This document shows positions 51,566 to 64,000 of a stretch of 64,000 nucleotides of DNA, piece after piece. Positions within the stretch are counted from its first letter, which is position 1; every line of letters starts with the position of its first letter. The DNA is taken from positions 47,802,001-47,866,000 of the forward strand of contig OZ024741.1 of NCBI GenBank assembly GCA_964016885.1. The letters run 5' to 3'. The stretch is from Eledone cirrhosa (taxonomy: Eukaryota). A model generated the notes under the pieces. That model saw only the letters and a list, made by a program, of their open reading frames with translations, had not been told where the DNA came from and searched no databases. The position numbers and the translations under genes are program-made.

Positions 51566-52460
51566 TAAACAATTAAGTTAAAAATGTACATCTACATATG
51601 CATACTGAAATACTAGTGTGTATATGAATACACACACGTATACATATGTAGGTGTACCAAGTCTTTCACTGGTCGCTTTACAGTGAGCGGCCCAGCTATT
51701 CTGTATGTAAACACACAGACAAACCGGTTTTTAGAGTCATACTGGTTTTGGGGGAACACCTTCCCCCTATTCTCCAGAAACAGAAAGCCAGACAAGGAAT
51801 ATTGAACTAGTTTCGTTGTTGTTACAACTCATCAGCAATATTTACCTATCTACCGGCCTTTCTGGAGAATTGTAAAAGCACATATCGTTATATGCTTTTT
51901 CTATGAAAATTAGTAGTGGGCAGACTAATTTGCATAGAGTGTGAGTACAAATAACGAAACGAAATTTAATTTCGTTTCGTTATTTGTTTTTATCGTCTCC
52001 GCTGAACCGGTGCGTACTCACACTCTATGCAAATTAGTCTGCCCACTACTAATTTTCATAGAAAAAGCATATAACGATATGTGCTTTTACAATTCTCCAG
52101 AAAGGCCGGTAGATAGGTAAATATTGCTGATGAGTTGTAACAACAACGAAACTAGTTCAATATTCCTTGTCTGGCTTTCTGGAGAATAGGGGGAAGGTGT
52201 TCCCCCCAAAACCAGTATGACTCTAAAAACCGGTTTGTCTGTGTGTTTACATACAGAATAGCTGGGCCGCTCACTGTAAAGCGACCAGTGAAAGACTTGG
52301 TACACCTACATATGTATACGTGTGTGTATTCATATACACACTAGTATTTCAGTATGCATATGTAGATGTACATTTTTAACTTAATTGTTTAAGCGTCAGT
52401 CATACAAAAGTGAGTTACAAACGAAACGAAATTTAATTTCGTTTCGTTATTTGTTTTTAT
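51566..52460 (+). mobile_element. Retrozyme-like non-coding element B: 467-nt unit with terminal redundancy plus an inverted arm
   Basis: 51953-51993 recurs at 52420-52460. 51566-51948 is the reverse complement of 52014-52391. (TA)n flanks. Confidence 0.82.
52115..52167 (+). ncRNA. Type I hammerhead ribozyme (element B); inverted copy at 51795-51847(-)
   Basis: AGG-UA-AAUAUUG-CUGAUGA-GUUGU AACA ACAAC-GAAA-CUAG-UU-CAAUAUU-CCU. Confidence 0.9.
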
Positions 52461-52473
52461 ATATATATATATT

Positions 52474-52580
<107 letters not shown>

Positions 52581-52603
52581 ATATTTATAAATATATATAT
52601 ATT

Positions 52604-52664
<61 letters not shown>

Positions 52665-52673
52665 TTATATATT

Positions 52674-52723
<50 letters not shown>

Positions 52724-52737
52724 TATATATATATATT

Positions 52738-52842
<105 letters not shown>

Positions 52843-52844
52843 AT

Positions 52845-52908
52845 AACAATATCTGTTTCGACACACGATTTCATATAAAAAACCTCGCTAAACTAATTCA
52901 TCGCCGCT
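52845..52908 (+). mobile_element. Tiny 3'-tail fragment of a family-N-related PLE; last 16 nt repeated at 52989-53004
   Basis: AACAATATCTGTTTCGACACACGATTTCATATAAA resembles the family N pLTR tail AACAATATCGGTTTCAACACACGATTTCAGATAAA. Confidence 0.65.
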
Positions 52909-52941
52909 ATATATATATATATATTTATATATATACATATT

Positions 52942-52972
<31 letters not shown>

Positions 52973-53003
52973 ATATATATATTTATATACTAATTCATCG
53001 CCG

Positions 53004-53059
<56 letters not shown>

Positions 53060-53188
53060 TTATATTTATATATTTATATATATATATATATTTAACACAC
53101 ATATATATATATATGCGTTCAAATCATAAGGGATATAAAACCACCAGGGTGACGAATATATTGAGTTTTTAACTCAACATTTTAATTT

Positions 53189-53229
<41 letters not shown>

Positions 53230-54319
53230 TATAACGGACCATTTAGGAATCTGTATAGACAGAACATAGCAGAAAACATTTTCTATGTTCGTCACAAACG
53301 AGGGAACGATTTCACAACCCATTAAATTGAGTGACAATGTGGAAGACTGACAAAAAGAACGAGAAAGAAAGAATTTGTGAGAGCGAAAGAGATGTACGTT
53401 GGAAATAAAATATCAGGATTTGGAAAAACCGAAGACACTTTATATCCGCCAAACTTTTCAAACATTATCTATCATATTATTAACCAATCACAACATTGAG
53501 GAAGGCACTGTAATTAAGTAAAATAAAGCAGTTTGGTGGTTTTAATATCAACGACAGCAGGCGTGTAACTTCGATGGAACATTTATTTATTTATGTATTT
53601 ATTTTACGAAGTTCCTGGTTGTTCTGTCAAGTACTTGGCAGTTAAGTTTCCTACTTATATATTATTGGAGCACATAGTTTTTCTCATCTCGCAGATCCTG
53701 GACAGACTATTTCCCTGTAAAAAAACAGCTATTACGATGTAATATAGTCACACCTTTCACTATTTATAATGTTTGGTTAAGGATACAAAATTAAGAAAGT
53801 TGTTAAAATTAACAAATCAACAAAATCACAAACGATAAACAATTTTTAAACAATGGAGGCCTTGAAAGGTAAGTTGCTCACGTATTTATTTTGTTTTGCT
53901 AGACAAATTTTGTGTGTAATTGTGTGTATTTTAGTATTTGTGTGTGTGTTGTTCTAGTTGTATGTGTGTGTGTTGTTCTATTTGTATGTGTGTGTGTGTG
54001 TTTATGTATTTGTGTGTTTATGTAATTGTGTTTGTATTTGCATTTGTGGGTGTGTTGTATTTGTGTATGTGTGTGTTTATGTATTTGTGTGTGTTTTTGT
54101 ATTTGTGTTTGTGTGAGTATGTATTTTTGAGTGCGCGTTTGTATTTGTGTGTGTTTGTATTTGAGAGTGTGTTTGTATTTGTGAGTGTGTGTATGCATTT
54201 GAATTCGCGTGTGTATTTGTTTGTATTTGTATGTGTGTGTTTTTTTCCAGAAAAAGGGAGTAGGGAAGTAGGTGTATTCTCCCCTCCGCACCCCAGGTTT
54301 TTCTGTTTTTATATATATA

Positions 54320-55611
54320 CTAGCAGAATGGCCCGGCGTTGCTCGGGATTTGCTCTAGGGTTCTTATATATTTGATATCTATTTATCCTTATCGAGCCTC
54401 GTCAAATAAATGCGTTTGTTTATATGTTGTTACTGTGTATGCAAAAATATCTGTATACGAATATATATATATATATAATATATATATACAGCTTCCGTTA
54501 CCTGGGCGATAAAATCAGCAGTGGGGGAGGGTGCTCTGAAAGTACAGTAGCTAGAGTCAGAACTGGTTGGAAAAAGTTCAGAGAGCTTATACCACTATTA
54601 GCTGCTAAAGGGTTCTCCCTAAAAATGAAAGGCAGGTTGTATGATGCCTGCATACGAACAGCAATGTTGCATGGCAGTGAGACCTGGGCATTGTGTGCAG
54701 AGGATATACGCAGACTAGAGAGGAACGAAGCTTGCATGCTCCGCTGGATGTGTAACAGTAATATACGTGAACGGCAAAGCATAAACGAACTGAGGAAAAA
54801 ATTAGAGATAAGAGGGATCAGATGTTGTTTACTCGAGAGAAGGCTACGTTGGTATGGACACGTGATGCGCATGAAAGTCGATAGCTGTATAACAAAGTGC
54901 AGGGCAATAAAGATAGACGGTAGCCACGGAATAGGCAGACCTAGAAAAACCTGGGACGAGCTGATAAACTCCGACCTCACACACTTACACCTCTCCAAGA
55001 CAATGTCACTGGACCGAGACCTTTGGCGGTACTCAGTAACAGAGAAGACCCGCCTTACCTAAATACATAGTAAAACCTACTACAGCCAGTAGGCATCTCT
55101 AACATGTTTAATTGCTTTAAATTTTTTTTTATCAATTTATGTGAGTGTGTTTGTATGTGTTTGTAAATAAATCATTAAGTTTGAAGCAACTAAAAGTTAG
55201 AACGATTGAAAAACATTGTAACTCACATTTTTAAAAGATGCGCGTAGCTGCTAACGGTGAAAAATGTGTGGGTTGTAGATAGAGGTAAGCAGATGATATG
55301 AGAGAGTAAAACGGACAGTATCCCCATCAACATGAACAATGTAAAATGAAAAGAATAATTTAGTTTCATTTTACGTGTTGTTTCAGCTTGGAAAGAGAAA
55401 GTAGCAGAAAGTATGAAGTTGTATAGATTTTGAAGGGTAATGAATAGAGTTTAGCACTTGAAATGAGAGAGGAAATCGTAAAATATTGAGTTTTATCGAT
55501 TTTTTGCGTAATTGTGGGTGAAATTGAAAAAATTATATGTGCCAAGACCCAATCGAAGCTATTTCGAATACTGAATTTTAAATTTCAATTGAAGAAATTC
55601 TATATCATAGA
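54320..55611 (-). mobile_element. Non-autonomous Helitron, interrupted by an RTE fragment
   Basis: 3' hairpin CCCGAGCAACGCCGGG 8 nt before the terminal CTAG followed by T. Candidate 5' A|TC at 55611 (5' end uncertain). Confidence 0.65.
54488..55100 (+). mobile_element. RTE LINE fragment (subfamily 2)
   Basis: Highly similar to 6690-7303; ORF ends at 55062. Confidence 0.9.
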
Positions 55612-55789
55612 TTATGATGATATAATGTGGGTAATATTAAATATTATCCAATTACAAGTAATTTGTAATTTAAAACATATTTGTTATGTTATTCTACTGT
55701 AAATTTATTTATATGCTCTGTTTATATTTTCATTCTGAAGGAATTGCAAACGATTTGTAATGTTTGTGCAACTATGAATACAATTACAA

Positions 55790-56399
55790 ATATGAGAGCT
55801 TTGGCCCGGGCGAATATCCCCTCAGTCTTGGAACCATCTGGGTTGTCCAGAAGTGACAGCAAAAGACCTAACGGTCTTACCCTGTGCCCCTGGTCGAGAG
55901 GCAGGTGCCTTGTCTGGGACGTCACTGTTAGTGACTCTTTTGCTCTCTCCCACATCCTGGATGCTGCGGTTAGGACGAGAGCCACAGCTTCTGCAGCCGA
56001 GCAGAGTAAGACCCTCAAATATTCTGATCTGTCGGCCAGCTACATTTTTCAGCCTGTGGCTTTCGAGACGTTTGGGGGAGTTGGGCCGCTGACTGCGAAG
56101 GTTCCTTTCCTCACTGGTGGCTCGCCTAATAGAGGTGACTGGCGAATCTCGCGAGGGTGCTTGGCTGTTTCAGCGCATCAGCCTCGCCATCACCCGAGGC
56201 AACGCTGCGAGTGTGCTGGCTTGCCTCACAAATCATTAGAGAGGTTGCCCAGTACTCGCGATGTTGCTGTCTTTTGCTCTGGTGTTGGCTCCGTTATTCA
56301 CCGCTTCCTTTACATTTTCTTTAATATTGTAACATTAAAAGAATATATCTTTCATTGTATCATCCTTTATAGTGTTACCGAAGCATTTGAAATGTATAT
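55790..56399 (+). mobile_element. 5'-truncated CRE-like element (RLE domain and 3' UTR), flanked by ~110-bp direct repeats
   Basis: RALARANIPSVLEP..KRPNGLTLCPW..LVWDVT..K..KY..FQPVAFETFG. Confidence 0.8.
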
Positions 56400-56546
56400 A
56401 TTTAAAACATATTTATGTTATTCTACTGTAAATTTATTTATATGCTCTGTTTATATTTTCATTCTGAAGGAATTTCAAACGATTTGTAATGTTGTTTGTG
56501 CAACTATGAAAAGTATGAGAGTAGCTGAATATAAAATAATAAATAT

Positions 56547-56668
56547 AATTGTTTCTACTTTTGGCCAGCAATTATCCCAGTACATTACTGGTACTTTATT
56601 TTATCGACCCCGTAAGGATGAAAGGCAAAGTTAACCTCGGTGTGATTTGAACTCAGACCGTAAAGGGG
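56547..56668 (-). mobile_element. 5'-truncated SINE of the 16365 family
   Basis: Reverse complement matches 16425-16552. Confidence 0.85.
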
Positions 56669-56759
56669 CAAAATATAATACAGAGCCGAAATACTTTATA
56701 AATAACAGTCAAAGAGTGTTTAAGAACATTTAATTACTAACAATCGTTTCATCCAAGCA

Positions 56760-56891
56760 TCCGTGAAGCCAGCACACCTCAGGTTGTGGCGAAGCTGATG
56801 CACTGGAATAACCAAGCGCCCTCACGAGCTTCACCAGTTACCGCTGTTAGGTGAACTGCCAGTAGAGATAGGAATCTCGCAGTCAGTAGCC

Positions 56892-56923
<32 letters not shown>

Positions 56924-59775
56924 GTCTCGAACGTCACAGACTGGAAAATGTAGTTGGCCGGCAGATCACAGTATTTTTGGATTTTGTTCCGTTCGGCTGC
57001 GGAAGCTGTGGCTGTCACCCTAATCGCAGCATCCAGGATGTGGGTAGAAGCATATGAATCACTAACTGTGACATTCAGGCGGCAAGAAAGACCGCGGAGG
57101 CCTATGGAGTCGAGGAGTTTGTCACATCGACACTTCCCACTTTGAGGGCAATGGAGACACGGAGTTCGTCCAAGCTGAGTAGGCCACCAACGCTAGCCAC
57201 GGGTAAAGCATCAACCCAGTCACCTGGGTATTTGGCGCTGGCAGACAGTAAGCGGTACTTTGAAAACGAGTGGACGAAGAGGGAATTGAAGATAGCCTTC
57301 GAACTTATGCTGTCCCAAGCTCTCTGACTTCGACTGTCCTCCACCTTGTCAGGACCAGACAAGCCCAACTCCATTGTTGGAGAGCCTCATCCAACTCCCT
57401 GTTGGAACTAGTCCATGTTGGAGAGGAGAAGATGTTGCTCACCAGGGTGGAGCAAGCGTGGGTGGAGGAAAGGAATCAAGGGAGAGAGAGGGACGTACAT
57501 TTACGAAGACCAAGACCCCCGAATTGCTTGGGCAATGCAGCCTGATCGCGGGACTCTGGAGAGAGTCTGACATTGACCAAGCACTTTGGAGAAAGTCTGA
57601 CATTGACCAAGCACTCTGGAAAGAGTCTGACATTGACCAAGCACTCGAGTCTCTTGAAGATTAGGTTGTCGAAGTGTTGGAGGCAGGACGGAAATCTGTG
57701 AGAAGAGCTGACCCTGAGCATATATAGAAGCATAGGAATCGAAAGGTAGTTTCTGAGTATGAAAGAAACATCAATGGGGTTCGATTGCTTCAATATTGTT
57801 CAGTAACTGCCCAAGGCCAACCATCTTCGATTGGAAGATTGACTCGAAGGCAAGTTCTGTAATTGGGGTTCCTAAGGAGCACCCAAACCGATGGGGGGGG
57901 GGGGGACCGCAATGGAAGGGAAGGACTCTGTAAGCAGGTCAATTGTCTGTTGATGTTGAGAAGCTGGGTGGTTGAGGATCCAGAGCTCACATTTGGAGCT
58001 ATTGACCTGGAGACCCTGACGACCAAGCTCCTCAACCATTTGTTAGCAGTGGCGAGAACCTTATCTGGAGGTCTCCCTAAACAAGCGTCGTCGAGATACC
58101 AGACGTTGAGCTTCAACTCAACCCCCATCTTGGTGATGTCATCAATGCCAGGTGCAAACAGAGCGGGCTCAAGTGGGTCTCCTGTTGGACTCCTGAGGCA
58201 GAGGTGATGATTTGGTCACCAAAGCCTGCCAAGCAAAGTGGTAGAGTTGTGGGACCTTCTCTCTTACTGAGCTGAAGAATACATCGCGGCTGACGGAGTT
58301 GAAAGCGTTCTTGAGGTCAAGTTTGAGGATGACCTTGGGGGGCCATGGAGAGCAAATTGGTAAAGGCTCTGGTAGCATGGGCAGCAGTCTAACATCCCAG
58401 CTTGGTACCCACCCCTAGCTGGATGGGGGAAAATTCCTCTGCCAGTGAGTCAGAGACCAATAGCAAACACACCTTTGCAGTGAGACGGCGAAGGATGCAA
58501 CCAACCGCAATGGGGCGCAGGTATCCGTTGGGTTTAGTGAGACCGAATAATTTCGCACCGAAGAACAGTGGGCGGATATAGGGGAGAATGTTCACTGAAG
58601 AGAAATGATTCACAAACTGAGTCAGACTCTCCAAGAGTCCGGCGGGACCGGCCGATAAGGAGATAACATCTTTGAGATGTTGAGGTCAAAGGCCGTTAAT
58701 CCTTAATCCTTGTGCCTGAACCAGCGGGGAAGGATGAAATCGCCTTTCTGATGTTATCAGTGGTGTAGACTGGTTTCGAGTATTCTGGTTGTTCGGGCCA
58801 GTGAAACTGATCATCTGGGGGTGCCGATGGGTGCTTCTCTTTCAGTCGCTCAAGAGAATCAGAGTTACATGGGGCGAGTGAAGACAGAGAAGAGAGGAGA
58901 CGGACATCCCCTTTACTGTCAAATTCGCTGAATTTGGCATTAACTGCACACTTGAGGTTTATCAGTGTTCTGTTAGTAGGTACAGAGCTCGATGTCAAAC
59001 TGAGGTGAGAAGTGATTGGGGTGGACTCAAAAAGTTGGAACTGCCGCTTGAAAGAGAACGTGAGTGAACCCGATTTCGCAGTGTGCATGTGAAGAGAGAT
59101 GAGAAGGAACAAAAACAGTTTCTGCCAGTCAGACCTATTGTTGGATAAACAAACGTTTTCTATAGATTGGAGAGGGCATGTGCAAAGCTATTCCGAGCTC
59201 CCTTAGGGATCCGGTTGACAAGCTTCGATTTGGATAAACCTTGGAAGGCTGCAACAAAACCTCGGTAGAGAGCTGGTCGTCGAAGCGTGGCACTGATTAC
59301 AGGTCCAGTATTGAAGCCTTTCGGCTTGAAATTTGGTGATGCCGACACAGCTCCTGTGGTAGTTTTGGTAGCATAGGTGACATTTAATTGTCTTTAGGTA
59401 CCGGATGGTGCAAGCACAGAGAGCACAATCAGGTGGTGAGCTGGCAGCGACAGACAGTAGGGGGCCAGCATTGGAATTCGAGCGAGGGAGTGAACTAGTA
59501 AAAGAGGCAGGGTAAGCAGCATTGGTTTTAACGGTGGCATTAGAATGGAGGTTGGGTGGTGCTGGGGGTAGCCTAACAGTTGTAGGAGTGGTGGGGTTGG
59601 TAGGGTTAATTCCGTTCGGAACCTGCAGTGAAGAGGAGGGTGGGATAGGTGGAGACGAGTTAGCCCCTCTCGTGCGTGCCGAAGTTGGTGGAGAATGAGA
59701 GATCGAAGGCTGACCTGTTGTCACATAGTTGTTCCACCAAGCAGGTCTCTTGGTTGTACCAGTTCCTCGCCATTT
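56760..59775 (-). mobile_element. Decayed CRE-like RLE non-LTR retrotransposon (N-terminal PHD finger, RT, RLE), many frameshifts
   Basis: LRPIAVGCILRRLTAK, QLGVG, KLDLKNAFNSVSR, WYLDD, QAALPKQFGGLG, GDWVDALP, IFQSVTFETF. 30-nt x3 tandem at about 57557-57646. Confidence 0.85.
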
Positions 59776-60319
59776 TTATTTATTTATTATTATTATTTTT
59801 TTTTTGTGTGTTTTTGAAAAATTGTGACTGTAAGTTGAGGAGGAATGTGTAATTGTGTGTGTGATTGCATGATACAATTGGTCCAGGTTGGTTCCATGTG
59901 TTGTCGCTAGTGGAATGTGACAGTGGTGGATTCTGGCCCACAACCAATCTTTTTAAATTTTCTTTTAAAGATCTGTTATTCCTCTCCGTCGATTGTAATA
60001 TACTCTAGAGTCTCGAATAATTGTCTCCACTCCTGCTTATCAATTTTTCTGACCCCCCTCCCAAATGCGCTTATTAAATTTTGCTTATCTACGGTGAAAT
60101 TTTATTTTAAGTGGTAGCATGCCTGCGACAATTAATTTTTTTTAGACATTATAAAACGTTACAAAAAAAGTACATTACTAGAAATTCCATACGTTATAAA
60201 ATAGCTTGGGTTGGGGCCTCAATAGGTAAACTTTTTGTCGTGTCACATACACGACCACTTTACAGTGTGGGCCGGGCGCTTTTTGTGGTGTCGCCATCAG
60301 GAAGGATGGAGTCAAATTT

Positions 60320-60900
60320 CTACGAGCTAAACCTGATCATCAAACGGGCCCTGGCTCAGGTAAATATCCCCACAGTTTTGGAACCGGCTGGTTTATCCAG
60401 AAGTGATGGAAAGAGACCAGACGGTCTTACCCTTTGTCCCTGGGTGAGAGGTAGATGTCTCATCTAGGACGTCACAGTCAGTGACTCTTTTGCTCCCTCC
60501 CACATCATGAACACCGCGGTGAATGTGTGTGCGGGGGGAGGGGGTCACTGCTTCCGCTACCAAACGGAATAAAATCCGAAAATACCGGGAACTATCAAAT
60601 AATTATTTTTTCCAGCCTGTGGCGTTCGAGACGTTCGGTGGAGTTGGGCCTCTGACAGCAAAGTTCTTGTCATCACTGGCAACTCACCTTACTGAGGTGT
60701 CAGGTTATTTCAGCGCCTTAGTCCTTAGTTTCACCATCACCCGTGGTAATGATGCGAGTGTGTTGGCTTGCCTCAAGTGTGTAGTTAACCCCTAAGGTGT
60801 GAGGTGCAGCTGATTATCGTACTTGGTGGTGAGTTGCTCCCCTCTTTCCTTTTTTTTTCCTTTATCATTTTGTTCAATTTATATGAATTTATATTATTGT
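60320..60900 (+). mobile_element. CRE-like RLE 3' fragment
   Basis: [29 protein letters not shown] and FQPVAFETFGGVGP. Confidence 0.8.
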
Positions 60901-61534
60901 GTTATGGTTTAGACATTATATTTGATATATATAATAGTAAATATATATAATATATATAATAGTAAAAAAGAAAAAAACAGTAGAAAATGCTAAAGGAATT
61001 TTCTCTTAGAATAACAGTAAAACATTTATTTACAAAATAGGAATTTCCGTATTATTTGTATCGGTTTCAGCTTATAGGCCTCTTCATGTGACAGAAGTGT
61101 AACGCAATTAAATTGTATATTAATAAGAATATGGGGAAAAAAATAACATGGTTTACATATATGTAGAGAAACATTTTTGTTTGTCGTATTCTGTCTTTCT
61201 CTCTTGGTGTTGACCATAACTGTGTCACTATTAATAGTGGAAGTAGCAGGGAAGAATCAGTTTGTTGACCTCCACTGTAGTGGTAGTAGTGGGGGGGGGG
61301 GGAAGAGGTGGAGGGGAGAAAAGAAGTGGGAAAGGATGAAGAAGAGGGAGGGACAGCGGATAGGTGTAGTAATACCAGGGCTATGGCAAGGAAGGAAGGG
61401 GAAGACAGAGAAGAGGTGGGTGAAGCAGAAGGGGACGAGGAGGAGGTGTAATAGTATCACTATTAATAATAGTAAAGGGAGCTGTCCATGGGATTGACTT
61501 AAATGGTTGAGTGACCTTAGAGTTGACTGAAGGA

Positions 61535-62200
61535 GTAATAGCCAAAAGGATCTGTACAATAGTATCTGATAGAAACACCTGCTACATCCATCTAGAAGAA
61601 TTAAAGGACACACTCATTAGAAGGAATTACCCACCATCCCCAATTAACAATGTATTCCAACGTGCCCTAAAACTCAGTATCCAGGATCTTAGACACCCCA
61701 AACTAAAGAATAAATCAAAACTAAAAGCTCTACCCTATATTTCCACACACAACCCCTTAACAACGAGGCCTTCGACACCATCCTCCAGAACATTCCTTTA
61801 CTAAAGAGGGATTATAGAATGAACCAAATCCTTCAAACGTACAACATCATAAAGAGCAAAAGACAACCCAAATCAACGAAAAACATCCTTACGCAGGCCA
61901 AAGTCCAGTCGACCTTAACAATGAAACCAACAGTTAAAAAATGCGGAAGACTCAACTGTGGTATATGTGTCAACCTAATAGAGGGATCAGAGTTTTATTT
62001 CAAACAAGGGCAACGCTTTACAGTGAAATTTCACATGCGCATCAGAAAACCTGATATATGTGTTAAATTGCTCAGGCTGTCGAGAACACTACATAGGACA
62101 GACTAAAAACAGTCTTTGTCAATATATGACTGTTCATAGATCCCAAGTTAAAATACGGGAATGCAGAAAAATAGCACTGAGTGAACACATTGCCATCTAA
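61535..62200 (+). mobile_element. Decayed Neptune-like PLE fragment (thumb, Cys linker, GIY-YIG)
   Basis: AKRICTIVSD, RNYP, LPYISTHNP, RQPKS..ILT, CGRLNCGIC, then in another frame NLIYVLNCSGCREHYIGQT. Confidence 0.8.
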
Positions 62201-62696
62201 GGAATACCAAGTAATTCACAGCCATACATCGATCAAACACATAGACAAGTAAGAGAAATCTATTTGCACATTCTTCTACTTATAACTCTTTATATATATC
62301 TGTACACCACCTCTTAATTATTACTGTCGTTATTATTACCTCTGCTATATGTATGTACACGGATGTATGCTGGGGCACACACCGGTGTGTATCCCCACGA
62401 CTCCACACATATATAGGCAGATCTAAGTCTGTTTATACGTGTACATGGGCACACACACAGGCATGTGCTTGCATGTATATATATATATATAAGAAAGTAA
62501 GTCCATAGAATCATTTGATAAAATATATACAGTATTTCTCCTCCCAATCAGCATAATCAACCACATAAAAAAATCAATTAAACGAGGCTATAAGTTTAAA
62601 ATGTACCTATGAAGAAACAATAGATAAATAAATGATAGGCATTTTATCCGCGATCATTTACACACATATATATATATATATATAAATGTGTGTGTG

Positions 62697-62985
62697 TAAA
62701 TGAAGTAATTCCGTTGGAAAGGTACAGGAAAAAAGAGTGCTCTATGTAGGTTACAGAACTTATTAGTTATGTAATAAACAACATAAGATAATTATTTCAT
62801 TTACCAATGGTTTCTTGAAAGCAAATAAATCTGCTTTCAGTTGTCAGAATGAAAAAAACTTGGTGTTTTTATTAAATGTGGATTTTTCAAATCAGATTTA
62901 TTTGCTTTCAAGAAAAGCAGATTTATTTGCTTTCAAAAAACCACTGGTAAATGAAATAATTATCTTATGTTGTTTATTACGTAAC
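62697..62985. mobile_element. Old fold-back of an HA-related 3' end with decayed HHRs
   Basis: Similar to 12960-13140. Core reads CTGACAA on the minus strand; inverted half at 62915-62983. Confidence 0.7.
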
Positions 62986-63012
62986 ACATATATATATATA
63001 TATATATATATA

Positions 63013-63313
63013 TTCATTTCATTTCATTTTACGTCCGCTTTTCCCTGCTTGCAAGGGTGGGACGGGAACTGATTCTGGCTTGATTTCTACAGCTGGATGC
63101 CCTTCCTAACACCAACCTCATTTACAGTGAGTGCTGGGTGCTTTTTTTTTGCCGTGGCACCTCCACGACCACATATCATTTCTACAGCTGAGTAAACTGG
63201 AGCAATGTGAAATAAAGTGTCTTGCTCAAGGAAACAACACATCACCCGGTCTGAGAATTGAACTCACAACCTTTCAATTGCAAGGCCAATGCTCTAACCA
63301 CTAAGCCATGTGC

Positions 63314-63316
<3 letters not shown>
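63013..63316 (-). mobile_element. Second copy of the tRNA/CORE/RTE-tail SINE
   Basis: Matches 33853-34170. Confidence 0.85.
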
Positions 63317-63402
<86 letters not shown>

Positions 63403-64000
63403 TAGGTATATGTATGTGTGTGTATGTGTATATGTCTGTGTGTGCATTTATATGTGTGTGTGTCCGTGTGTATATATATATGTGAGTGTAAGCATGTGTG
63501 AGTGCATGTGGCTGTATTTATGTACCTATGAATGGACAAGTATGTATGTGTGTAAGTCTGTACATACAAGTGTGTGTGTATGTGTGGATCTATGTATGTG
63601 TGTGTGTGTACACACCTATATGCCTGCCTCTCTATGTTGTTGAATTTCTACATCCTTCTATTCCATAACCAGACAATTCCCTTTTTTTAATTCTTTAACA
63701 AAAACATGAAATGTCTTTACCGACACGGTCAACTAGCACGGGGTCATCCAAGCGTAACACACCCCACAAACCCCTGCTTCCTGTTTACACCAAAAGAAGT
63801 TTTTGACTGACCAATACACATTCCAAAACGCTTGTGTGCTCACGTAAACACTCATGAGTATCAGTGAATACACACCCGCATTGCCACCCCACCAAAATAC
63901 ACACATACGCCCACACACACAAATATAGGGCTGATGCCTATATATATATATACCTTCTTGGTCAACATACCACAACAAAAATATATGTTTGTCGCATCAC

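Noticed and set aside
55727-55760. TTTTCATTCTGAAGGA as a hammerhead
   Set aside because: The core is not CUGANGA, and there is no GAAA, stem III or complementary stem I.
57557-57646. 30-nt triple repeat as a CRISPR-like array
   Set aside because: No spacers; a simple tandem duplication inside a eukaryotic retrotransposon.
63660-64000. C/A-rich terminal segment as coding or element sequence
   Set aside because: Too short and truncated by the window; no recognisable motif.

Overview
Animal (metazoan) nuclear DNA, probably an octopod cephalopod. That assignment is inferred from the SINE/RTE tails and the AT-microsatellite landscape. There is no convincing intact host protein gene. The window is a nest of mobile elements, mostly inserted into (TA)n tracts: several families of Penelope-like elements (PLEs; RT plus C-terminal GIY-YIG), RTE LINEs, a decayed CRE-like RLE retrotransposon, tRNA-derived SINEs, a non-autonomous Helitron and one intact tRNA-His gene. 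About 28 type I hammerhead ribozyme (HHR) motifs from about 10 sequence families are visible by eye. The best candidate for an undescribed system is a pair of diverged non-coding ~470-nt retrozyme-like repeats (30508-31439 and 51566-52460). They share a fully covarying hammerhead, several conserved hairpins and the same junction with (TA)n, consistent with circular RNAs copied by a PLE RT. A third 616-nt repeat carries a deviant hammerhead-like core and a terminal 11-nt stutter. All folds were paired by eye; no searches or folding programs were run.
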